Assembly: GCA_002504905.1 (NCBI GenBank)
Contig: DATY01000006.1
Location: forward strand, 36,370-100,369
DNA length: 64,000 bases
Direction: 5' to 3'
Origin: Euryarchaeota archaeon UBA605
Lineage (GTDB): Archaea > Thermoplasmatota > Poseidoniia > Poseidoniales > Thalassarchaeaceae
Shown: one piece after another, positions 19,041 through 27,226 of the stretch
Layout of the letters: every line of letters starts with the position of its first letter
Position numbering within the stretch: the stretch's first letter is position 1
The notes under the pieces: generated by a model
Database searches by the model: none
What the model saw: only the letters and a program-made list of their open reading frames with translations
What the model was told of the DNA's origin: nothing
Translations under genes and position numbers: made by a program

Positions 19041-20264
19041 TTAAGAATCAGATTCACTGAATGATAGGCTTGCTCCACCTTTTCTAACCTCATTCCATTG
19101 TTCTCCAATGTAATTGGCTTTTTGACTAGGATCCCATAAATCTCTCTTCAAAGGTTTTCTAAATGGCATTCTGTAAACTAGACGTCCATCTTTTAATTTC
19201 TTTTTCCTAAGCATAGATAATTTAACCAGTGGCCAAAGTGATTTTCTTAGAAAACCTGGCTGATATACCCATTTCATAAAATTTAATCCATCTCCATTCT
19301 TTTTCTGATCTCTCATCCAATATCTTGCTACCAACTTAAAGCCTCTATCTCCAATTCTATTCATCAAGAATCTATTGATTGCACTGGTTTTGATTAAAGG
19401 AACCAGTTTTTTTCTCACTTCAACTTCATAGTCACATTGATCGAGTATTGATTGTGCAGCTAGAACTCCACTTGTAATTGCATATCTCATGCCAAAACCC
19501 CACATAAAATCCTGTAAGCCTCCAGCTTCTCCGACGTAAATCTTATTTTCATGAATATATTTTTCTGGTAAGCTAAAATCTCCTTTCCCGCCGACTCTTT
19601 TGATGGGTATTCTGTTTAATTCATAGTTAGACTCGTACCAAGCGATGGTTTCATTTAGATATCTTCCAGATTTTTTTTGTTTTCTCCATAAACATGTACA
19701 AATCAACCCAATTCCATCAATAATTATCAGATATGAATAGGCACCTGGTGCTAATTTATCATTAAGTTGGAAGGCTACATGGTTAGGATGATCAGTATGG
19801 AATATTTCTCCAAAAGCAATTGCACTGGAGTCTTTCGGTCCTGCTGCAACGATATCACAATCATTAGGATTGACCTTAACCTCATAATGTATTTTTGCAC
19901 CGGCTGAAATTGCCATCCTTTTGAATCCTTGATCTATACAATGCTCGTCTGTTCCTCTTTCTACCACTCTAAAAGCAGTCCCGGAAGTAACAGGATTTGT
20001 GATTACATCGTCAGGATGAATCAAATCGATGATATCGAATGCATTTGACTTAAATTCTTCTGGCTCTAACCCCCAAGTTTTCATTTCTTCAAAAAAGTCA
20101 GTTTCACTGGTCCAATTTTCAATTCCTTGAAAATCTCCATCGAATCTTGCTCCACTATCTTTACGTATCTCATGAACATGAACTTCTTTACCTGCTTTAG
20201 CAAGGATTGTCGCTGCAGCAAGGCCAGATAGCCCTGCTCCCAGGATGTCAATCCTCTCCTTCAT
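19041..20264 (-). CDS. FAD-dependent oxidoreductase, geranylgeranyl-reductase-like
   Basis: GAGLSGLAAA, APGAYSYL and VGEAGGLQDFMWGFGMRYA motifs. Confidence 0.8.
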   Translation of the reverse strand: MKERIDILGAGLSGLAAATILAKAGKEVHVHEIRKDSGARFDGDFQGIENWTSETDFFEEMKTWGLEPEEFKSNAFDIIDLIHPDDVITNPVTSGTAFRVVERGTDEHCIDQGFKRMAISAGAKIHYEVKVNPNDCDIVAAGPKDSSAIAFGEIFHTDHPNHVAFQLNDKLAPGAYSYLIIIDGIGLICTCLWRKQKKSGRYLNETIAWYESNYELNRIPIKRVGGKGDFSLPEKYIHENKIYVGEAGGLQDFMWGFGMRYAITSGVLAAQSILDQCDYEVEVRKKLVPLIKTSAINRFLMNRIGDRGFKLVARYWMRDQKKNGDGLNFMKWVYQPGFLRKSLWPLVKLSMLRKKKLKDGRLVYRMPFRKPLKRDLWDPSQKANYIGEQWNEVRKGGASLSFSESDS

Positions 20265-20365
20265 GTATTTGCGTATGAGGTATATTGTTTGAAAGGTTTG
20301 GTCATTAATAATCAAAGAGTTCATCCGATAATTTGTATTCGAACAGTTCAAAGTGGGTTACTCAG

Positions 20366-20794
20366 ATGCCAGAAGAGACAATAATCATTAGAATAGAAAA
20401 AGAAAATCTCGATCCAAATTTTCTTCGTTCTTTAGTAGATGTTGACGGATGTGGAAGTGTTGTTTCTTTTGTCGGATTAACAAGAGGTGATGATAACGGG
20501 GTCAAAGTCGAGAGGCTTGAATTTGATTCTTGGGAAGATAAATTAGAAAATATCTTATCAGAAATCGCAAAAACCTCAATAGATAAATTTGCTATAAAGT
20601 CAGTTCTCATAGCTCACCGAACTGGAGCTGTCGAACCTTCAGAACCTATTGTTTGTATTCATGTTGGTTCGAGACATAGAGCGGCTGGTTTCGAAGCTTG
20701 CTCATGGCTAATTAATCAACTCAAATTACAAGCACCGCTATGGAAAAAAGAAGTAAGGTCTGATGGTGAAATTTGGAAACAAGGAATCGGATGA
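20366..20794 (+). CDS. moaE: Molybdopterin synthase catalytic subunit
   Basis: GSVVSFVGLTR, HRTG, SRHR and LKLQAPLWKKE motifs. Confidence 0.92.
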   Translation: MPEETIIIRIEKENLDPNFLRSLVDVDGCGSVVSFVGLTRGDDNGVKVERLEFDSWEDKLENILSEIAKTSIDKFAIKSVLIAHRTGAVEPSEPIVCIHVGSRHRAAGFEACSWLINQLKLQAPLWKKEVRSDGEIWKQGIG

Positions 20795-20851
20795 TTTTTC
20801 ACAGATTTAACTTCCGTTTATCTGAATAATGATTACTAACTCGGAGATTAC

Positions 20852-21322
20852 ATGAGTGTTGAGGAATTAGAAAATTCATGGTCTGCTATAGTTGATATCG
20901 GCGGTAAAGATATGGTTTTTCGTGAGGCAATCGCAACAGGAGTTTTGGAATTAACACCTTCTGGAATTAATGAGGTCAAGGGCCGCTCAAAGAAAGGTGA
21001 TGTCAGAGAGATTTCAACAATCGCCTCAATTCAAGCAGTTAAAGAGACTCCAAGAATTTTACCTCATTGTCATACTATTCCAATTGAGGGATGCTCTGTT
21101 GAATGGGAAATTGAAGAATGTAATCTCAGATGTACTGTCACGGTACGAACCCATTGGAGGACTGGAGTTGAGATGGAGGCATTGTGTGGAGTTAACGCGG
21201 GATTATTGTGTGCATGGGATATGTTGAAATCTATTGAGAAAGATTCTGATGGACAATATCCTGAGTCTAGAATTAACAATGTTCAAGTTTTAAAAAAGAG
21301 CAAAGGAGACCAACATAATTGA
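20852..21322 (+). CDS. moaC: Cyclic pyranopterin monophosphate synthase
   Basis: VDIGGK, KKGDV, PHCH, TGVEMEAL and WDMLKSIEKD (archaeal type). Confidence 0.92.
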   Translation: MSVEELENSWSAIVDIGGKDMVFREAIATGVLELTPSGINEVKGRSKKGDVREISTIASIQAVKETPRILPHCHTIPIEGCSVEWEIEECNLRCTVTVRTHWRTGVEMEALCGVNAGLLCAWDMLKSIEKDSDGQYPESRINNVQVLKKSKGDQHN

Positions 21323-21347
21323 ATGCTGCTTGCATCTCGGAAGTGTT

Positions 21348-22298
21348 ATGGCAACCATCGATTTAGAGAAATATTTTCTTCAAGCTACAGAATCTGCTGC
21401 TATTGCTGCATCAAAATGGATAGGTAAGGGTGACGGTAAAGCAGCAGATGGTGCCGCAGTAGAAGCTATGAGGGCAGTTTTTGATACCGTTCCTTTTGAT
21501 GGACGTGTTGCAATAGGAGAAGGTGAGAGAGACGATGCTCCAATGTTGTGGATTGGTGAACCCTTGGGGTCATTACAAGGCTCTACTAATTCGCCTAAAA
21601 TTGACATTGCAGTAGACCCACTAGAATGTACTAATCATGTGGCTTACAATTTACCTAATGCTATGGCGGTACTAGCAGCAGCACCTAGAGGTGCTTTATT
21701 GCATGCTCCTGATTGCTACATGAATAAAATCTCAGGTTCTGCAGAGTTAATGGGTGAGATTTCTTTAGATGCTCCCACTTCTTATAATATTGAGGCTACT
21801 TCAAATGCTCTAGATAAACCAATTAATTCTCTAAATGTTGTTGTTATGGATCGCCCACGCCATGAAAAATTAATCAAGGAATTAAAAGATCTATCAGTAA
21901 ATGTAGTTTTAATTGGTGATGGAGATATTGCTGCTGCCTTAAATGCAGCAGATCCTGAATCTGATATTGATTTGTTGATGGGAATTGGGGCAGCCCCCGA
22001 AGGAGTGATTACTGCAACTGCTTTGAGAGGTTTAAATGCACCTTTTCAGGGCCGTTTAGTATTCAAAAATGAAGGCCATAGATCTAGGGCAGAGAAAATG
22101 ATTGATGGCGATATTGAAAGATTATGGGAGAGAGATGAACTATGCTCTTCTGACGATGCATTGTTCATAGGTACCGGTGTTTGTTCAGGGCGCACCAAAG
22201 GTGTCACTCAAGAAAATGGGAAATATTTTGTTGAATCCGAAGTTATCGATGTATCGAATGGAATTCATAAATTTGTTCAAGGTTCTCATGATAGTTGA
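21348..22298 (+). CDS. glpX: Class II fructose-1,6-bisphosphatase
   Basis: ADGAAVEAMR, IGEGERDDAPML, DIAVDPLE, DRPRH, DGDI and GAAPEGV motifs. Confidence 0.93.
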   Translation: MATIDLEKYFLQATESAAIAASKWIGKGDGKAADGAAVEAMRAVFDTVPFDGRVAIGEGERDDAPMLWIGEPLGSLQGSTNSPKIDIAVDPLECTNHVAYNLPNAMAVLAAAPRGALLHAPDCYMNKISGSAELMGEISLDAPTSYNIEATSNALDKPINSLNVVVMDRPRHEKLIKELKDLSVNVVLIGDGDIAAALNAADPESDIDLLMGIGAAPEGVITATALRGLNAPFQGRLVFKNEGHRSRAEKMIDGDIERLWERDELCSSDDALFIGTGVCSGRTKGVTQENGKYFVESEVIDVSNGIHKFVQGSHDS

Positions 22299-22361
22299 TT
22301 CTGGAATGCTAAAGCGATGCCTTCATTTCCTATGACCTTCACGTTGGCATGAGGTTAGTGT

Positions 22362-23375
22362 ATGGATACTCAACTACTTGAAAAAACAGCACGAGAACTA
22401 GTTGCGGCAGGTAAAGGAATTCTTGCTGCGGATGAAAGTAATGGCACTATGTCGAATAGACTTGAGGCGGTAGGAGTTTCAGCCTCACCGGCTACTAGAA
22501 ATGCTTACAGGGCAAATCTATTTTCAACAAATGGTTATGAGAAATATATTAGTGGAGTAATTTTATTCGATGAAACAATTAGACAGGAAATGCCTGATGG
22601 TAGAAATATTCCTGATGCTTTGACATCTTTAGGCGTTTATCCAGGTATTAAGTTAGATACAGGAGCTAAAGATTTAGCTAATCATGAAGGGGAAAAAATT
22701 ACTGAAGGCCTTGATGGGTTAAGAGATAGATGTAGTGAATATTTTTCAATGGGTGCTAGATTTGCTAAATGGAGGGCTGTAATTGAAATCGGAGATGGTA
22801 AACCATCAGATGCCTGTATTTCTGCTAATGCTCACGCACTGGCCAGATATGCATCAATTTGTCAAGAGCAAGGTTTGGTTCCAATTATTGAGCCAGAGGT
22901 TATTATGGCAGGAGATCATAATGCCCAAACTTGCTATGAAGTCACTTCATCAATATTATCTGCCACTTTTGAAGAGTGTAGAATCCAAGGTGTTCACTTC
23001 CCAGGAGCTTTGCTAAAGCCAAATATGATAATTGCAGGTAATTCTTGCTCGGAACAAATTTCTCGTGAAAAAGTAGCCGAGATGACAGTAGAGTGTTTGA
23101 CAAAAAATGTCCCCCATAATCTTCCAGGAATTGTTTTTCTTTCTGGTGGACAGTCCGATGAAGATGCAACTGCTCATTTAAATTTAATGAATGCCATGGA
23201 TATTATTCATCCTTGGCAACTGTCCTATTCTTATGGGAGAGCATTATTGGCTAATGCGCTGAAAATATGGGCTACTGGTGATAATAACGGCAGTCAGTCA
23301 GTTTTCTTACATCGCTCAAAGATGAATAGTCTAGCAAGAACTGGAGATTGGAGTTCAGAACTAGAGAATGAATAA
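22362..23375 (+). CDS. Class I fructose-bisphosphate aldolase (eukaryote-like family)
   Basis: GKGILAADES, GARFAKWR, LVPIIEPEV, LLKPNM, FLSGGQS and SYGRAL motifs. Confidence 0.95.
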   Translation: MDTQLLEKTARELVAAGKGILAADESNGTMSNRLEAVGVSASPATRNAYRANLFSTNGYEKYISGVILFDETIRQEMPDGRNIPDALTSLGVYPGIKLDTGAKDLANHEGEKITEGLDGLRDRCSEYFSMGARFAKWRAVIEIGDGKPSDACISANAHALARYASICQEQGLVPIIEPEVIMAGDHNAQTCYEVTSSILSATFEECRIQGVHFPGALLKPNMIIAGNSCSEQISREKVAEMTVECLTKNVPHNLPGIVFLSGGQSDEDATAHLNLMNAMDIIHPWQLSYSYGRALLANALKIWATGDNNGSQSVFLHRSKMNSLARTGDWSSELENE

Positions 23376-23385
23376 TTTTGTTAAA

Positions 23386-23640
23386 TTATTCTTGCCTTTC
23401 TTGAGCGCCTGGACGTAGTTGCCATACACATATTTCATAGCGTCCAGAAAGTGCTCCGCCACGCTTAGTAGTTGCAATTTTCATAATATCTTTATCTTTG
23501 GATAATACATTTCCTAGTTGCTGAGGAGTTGTTCCATGCCTCATAGTTGAATTAACATGTTCCAATATTTCAGTGGTATTTGCTTCTCCCTTAGTGTCAA
23601 GGAATTTTTTAATTTTCTGTCTTAATCTGGTTGTTCTCAT
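23386..23640 (-). CDS. Small basic winged-helix-like protein (DUF3860-like)
   Basis: MRTTRLRQKIKKFL...NTTEILEHVN...TTPQQLGNVLSKDKDI...GRYEICVW, with a GGAG SD before ATG 23640. Confidence 0.8.
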   Translation of the reverse strand: MRTTRLRQKIKKFLDTKGEANTTEILEHVNSTMRHGTTPQQLGNVLSKDKDIMKIATTKRGGALSGRYEICVWQLRPGAQERQE

Positions 23641-23644
23641 ATTT

Positions 23645-23917
23645 CTAATCTCCATTACTGTTTGGCTGTTTTCTATCATGATGTAATACCCATTCATCGG
23701 TAGCCCATTCCGATAAAGGATATTCTTTCCCAATTACCCCACTCTGCATAATTCTCCCAATTCTGATTATTGATGGATCTAATTCTAAAATAGCTGCAAT
23801 ATCAAAATCATCTTCAATACTGATATTTTCAGATAACCAATCTTTGATTTCAACTGTGTTTCTCGGTTTTTCAGAAAGATGTTTTTTAACTAAATCACGA
23901 ATTATTTTTCTATCCAT
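23645..23917 (-). CDS. Diverged acidic paralogue of the adjacent DUF3860-like protein
   Basis: Aligns by eye with the downstream ORF (IRDLVKKHL/LRQKIKKFL; NTVEI/NTTEI; IIRIG/IMKIA; EYPLSEW/RYEICVW). Confidence 0.65.
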   Translation of the reverse strand: MDRKIIRDLVKKHLSEKPRNTVEIKDWLSENISIEDDFDIAAILELDPSIIRIGRIMQSGVIGKEYPLSEWATDEWVLHHDRKQPNSNGD

Positions 23918-24170
23918 GATTCTCACTTCTCATTCTATCGGCTTCGACTGCCGGTCCGATAAAGGTAGGGCGACGGGGGGTAATATAACGCTTCTGCAAC
24001 TTATTGTTCAATTTAGTTACATATAGTTGCACTAATCTCCTCCATTTTATTGTTATTTTTTAGTGTTAAAATGGAACTAGTTATTTTTCCACTAGAAATA
24101 TGTAACTATATGTAACAAAAATAGATAATTTAATACATACTTTCGAAGTGGTTGATTTCGGAGATGGTCA

Positions 24171-26801
24171 TTGGTGTCAGAAGGATCCAATTTTACTTCT
24201 ATTCCCAGTTTTATTTCCACACCAACAAAAATTCGAAGTAGATATCGTCGTAGGTTAATGAATAGATTATCCGAAGGTGGAGCGACTGTTTCAGTTTTAG
24301 CTAGGGATATTGGTCTCCAAATTCCCCATGCCTCTGCGGAGTTAAGAAAGTTAAGAAATGAGGGACTGGTCTCAAGTGACCTAGTTGCTGGAAGTAGAGG
24401 TGCGTATTTACATCTGACTGAATTGGGTTGGAATAGAATCCGCTCAGATGAGAAATCTAGAGCTCTAGAAGCCCTTCCTCTTCCATCTTTACCCGGAAAA
24501 TTTTGCATTCTGGATAAAGACGGTAGTAACCTCTTGATGGGTATTTCATCTATTCCAAAGTCTCCAATGATTCTTATCCCTGATAGACCTCTAGATTCAG
24601 AAAATAATAATGAAGATTCCATAGGAAATGAAGGGGTTCGTTGGAATTGGGCTTTATTCAAAGAAAAAGATCCAAGATGGTTTGATTTAGAAAGTATGAA
24701 ATTAACTCAGGCACCACCAATTTCAATAGATCCTGGAAAAATAGAAACATATTCCGCCCAATCTTCTGTAATCGGAATTATTAGAGCTAATTTGATTAAT
24801 GAGATGAGTCAATTGGCAATGACCTTCGGGACTTGGTATGATATGCCTAAATCACGACAAAAGCCGCCTCTGAATGAGAATACTTTTCATCGTGGTAATT
24901 GGATTTTAGGAGAATGTCATAAATTAAGTCAAGAAATAAGGCCTAAGATACCAATTATTGCCATACTTCCAGACAGTCTTTCTAGAACTATGCTAATTCG
25001 AACAACTAGGATAAATTGTTTAGTTATTGCAAATTTAGGAGGCCTAGATCTAATCGGTGACCCTTACCCCCTCTCATCTCTAGATATATGGATCAAAAAA
25101 GCACATCCAAGGCTATCTGAGCATGAGCTGAAAAGAAGAGTTCAATCATTGAAAGATAGAATAATGTCTACTCGGAAGGTTAGAACAGATGATTCCACTT
25201 GGAGAAAATTTAGGAGAGATTGGGGAAGTCAATCTTTTACAATTGATGAGTCTAGTATTAGGAATCTAGATACAAGAGGTTTAGGTAATTTTGCCATTGA
25301 ATCATTGATTAATTGGGTAATTTCAGATGAGGATCGACCCCCCCTTATTATAGAAATAGAGGAAAAAATTCCTGAATCGACGATATCCTCTGTCATTAAT
25401 CATCCTAGATTAAGAATCTTGATTAAGGATAAAATATGCAATATAACAAGATCTTCAGATCTTCTTTATGCTGATACTCTAAGACCTCTTCCTTGGCTTA
25501 GACTGAAAACCTCGAATAAGGAAGTTATTTCACTTAAATTGATAGATAACTTGCCTGGTTTCTTGGAAAATGATGAGGATATTTCATCTTTAGAGATTAA
25601 TCCTTGGAAATTAATAGGAATTAGTAAATCTTACAATTCCAACCATGAAGAATTGGAATCAGGATATCTTTCAATGATAAAATCTGCAATTTCTCAATTC
25701 CCAGGTGGTAATGAAGAATGGGCAAATCAGATGGAGGCAAGGTACCCATTAGCATCTTGGATTGCTTCTCCCAAGGCAACTAGGTGGCCGAGATGGCAGC
25801 GTCTGAGAGACAGATTAGCAATTGAATGGCTAATTTTATTTGACCTTGATCATATTCCTCTAGATAGAATTGCAGAACTTGCTGATCAGGCTAACGAAGA
25901 GATTCTTGATTATTTTGCTGAGAAATTGGGTCAGAAAATTAGAGAAGATAGTCAGACTACAATTAGAACACGTCCAGCAGTAGATTTCATAGAAGCCTCC
26001 CCAGGAACATCCTGGGTTGCTGCACAATTCTTGACGAATGCAGCATGGATTCCTGAGAATCTTCATGACGATTTAGTGAAATGGTCTCTGGAAGCATGGA
26101 TATCTTCACCTCCAAATAAATCACTATCCGCTCTTGAAGGTGTATTTTGGCTATTTAGTTCTAAACGTAAAAAAAATTTAGACATTAATGAGGTACTTGA
26201 AAAAATAATATTGAAAGCACAGAGTCTTTCGAAAAATCATGATTTGAAAATTTGGGCTTCATTAGTTAATTACTCGATAGATTATAGGGAACTATCAAAA
26301 GAAGAATTAGATTTAATAATTGAAAGATTACCTTATGACTGGTGGGCTCCCATATCTCCTGAAATACTATTGAAAATGCTTAGTGATGAAGAATCTAATG
26401 ATTGGCTATTATCAAATTCTTATCCTTGGCCCGCTCTTGTACTGAGGCCCATTGGTGAATCATCAAATGCACCTGGATTAGAAAATTTATCTCATCCAGG
26501 TTTTAACCCAGAAATTTATCCATTGCTCCTTCGACGCCTTAAAATTCGAAGAGGAGGGGATAAATTGCCAAGTACAGCAGATTCATTGTTAGATTTATTA
26601 GATGCAATCGAATCTTCAATAAATCGTACTCCTCCATTACCAGGAAGAATCCATCCACTTTCTGGTTGGTTAGCTCAGCCAATAGAAAAATGGCCTGATT
26701 TTTCCTCTCAAATTATATTTAGTGGAAACCCTGTAATTGGCGAAAGGTTGCTTTCAAGAAAGACTGGTTTCCATGAGAATATAGAATCAATTAATTTGTA
26801 A
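24171..26801 (+). CDS. Large protein with an N-terminal winged HTH and an uncharacterised Trp-rich body
   Basis: ATVSVLARDIGLQIPHASAELRKLRNEGLV...LTELG forms an ArsR/MarR-like wHTH; 876 aa; TTG start uncertain. Confidence 0.75.
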   Translation: MVSEGSNFTSIPSFISTPTKIRSRYRRRLMNRLSEGGATVSVLARDIGLQIPHASAELRKLRNEGLVSSDLVAGSRGAYLHLTELGWNRIRSDEKSRALEALPLPSLPGKFCILDKDGSNLLMGISSIPKSPMILIPDRPLDSENNNEDSIGNEGVRWNWALFKEKDPRWFDLESMKLTQAPPISIDPGKIETYSAQSSVIGIIRANLINEMSQLAMTFGTWYDMPKSRQKPPLNENTFHRGNWILGECHKLSQEIRPKIPIIAILPDSLSRTMLIRTTRINCLVIANLGGLDLIGDPYPLSSLDIWIKKAHPRLSEHELKRRVQSLKDRIMSTRKVRTDDSTWRKFRRDWGSQSFTIDESSIRNLDTRGLGNFAIESLINWVISDEDRPPLIIEIEEKIPESTISSVINHPRLRILIKDKICNITRSSDLLYADTLRPLPWLRLKTSNKEVISLKLIDNLPGFLENDEDISSLEINPWKLIGISKSYNSNHEELESGYLSMIKSAISQFPGGNEEWANQMEARYPLASWIASPKATRWPRWQRLRDRLAIEWLILFDLDHIPLDRIAELADQANEEILDYFAEKLGQKIREDSQTTIRTRPAVDFIEASPGTSWVAAQFLTNAAWIPENLHDDLVKWSLEAWISSPPNKSLSALEGVFWLFSSKRKKNLDINEVLEKIILKAQSLSKNHDLKIWASLVNYSIDYRELSKEELDLIIERLPYDWWAPISPEILLKMLSDEESNDWLLSNSYPWPALVLRPIGESSNAPGLENLSHPGFNPEIYPLLLRRLKIRRGGDKLPSTADSLLDLLDAIESSINRTPPLPGRIHPLSGWLAQPIEKWPDFSSQIIFSGNPVIGERLLSRKTGFHENIESINL

Positions 26802-26846
26802 TTTTACTATTTTTATTAAAAAAATATTTTTTTTTCAATCGATGAG

Positions 26847-26854
26847 TTATTGAA
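26847..26854 (+). promoter_or_regulatory. Putative TATA box of the ncRNA
   Basis: TTATTGAA starting about 25 nt upstream of the first paired base (26872). Confidence 0.35.
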
Positions 26855-26871
26855 TGAATATCTATTAGATT

Positions 26872-27181
26872 GAGTGCCCAACTGGCAACACCGAGTTGAC
26901 AAAACCCCCTGCCGGAGGTGATAGGATGAAACTCGGTACCACAGATTTGGGTCTCCGTCTGTCGAAGACCAGAGTGACGATTTGTGAATAATTGAAGAGA
27001 TTATTCCTCTAAGAATGACCTCTGGCGCAAAACAGACGGTATGGATTATGTAAGGTCCCCTGTTGACCGAAAGGGATGATTCTAGGGACTACCCCATAAT
27101 CCAACATACGTCCTAGGGTGGGGTCAGGAACCAGAGTACGAAAGTACGGTGAAAGGTTCCGTTACACCCTGGGGCACACTC
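26872..27181 (+). ncRNA. Multi-hairpin archaeal box H/ACA guide RNA (4 hairpins)
   Basis: GC-enriched intergenic stretch with four stem-pocket-stem hairpins carrying K-turn-like motifs. ACA follows hairpin 3 (27104-06) and hairpin 4 (27176-78, then 3 nt and a T6 tract). The hairpin 4 pocket is complementary to 23S H69. Confidence 0.8.
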
Positions 27182-27187
27182 TTTTTT
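27182..27187 (+). terminator. Oligo-T terminator of the ncRNA
   Basis: TTTTTT directly after ACA-CTC. Confidence 0.6.
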
Positions 27188-27226
27188 CCGCAGTTATCAA
27201 GTCATATGCGTATCTCTGACTAATCA

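Noticed and set aside
23970-23992. Sequence resembling 23S H69 (GACGGGGGGTAATATAACG)
   Set aside because: Short and imperfect; better explained as the - strand promoter of the DUF3860-like genes.
24092-24661. 189-aa antisense ORF and the many other short ORFs nested in or antisense to long genes
   Set aside because: These are shadow frames of well-supported genes, with no motifs or independent start signals.
26872-27181. RNase P RNA or SRP RNA as the identity of the ~310-nt structured region
   Set aside because: The size fits, but neither strand has the RNase P GAGGAAAGUCC / ACAGAA...GGCUUA motifs or the SRP helix-8 CAGG...GGAA...AGCA motif. The K-turn, pocket and ACA spacing fit H/ACA instead.
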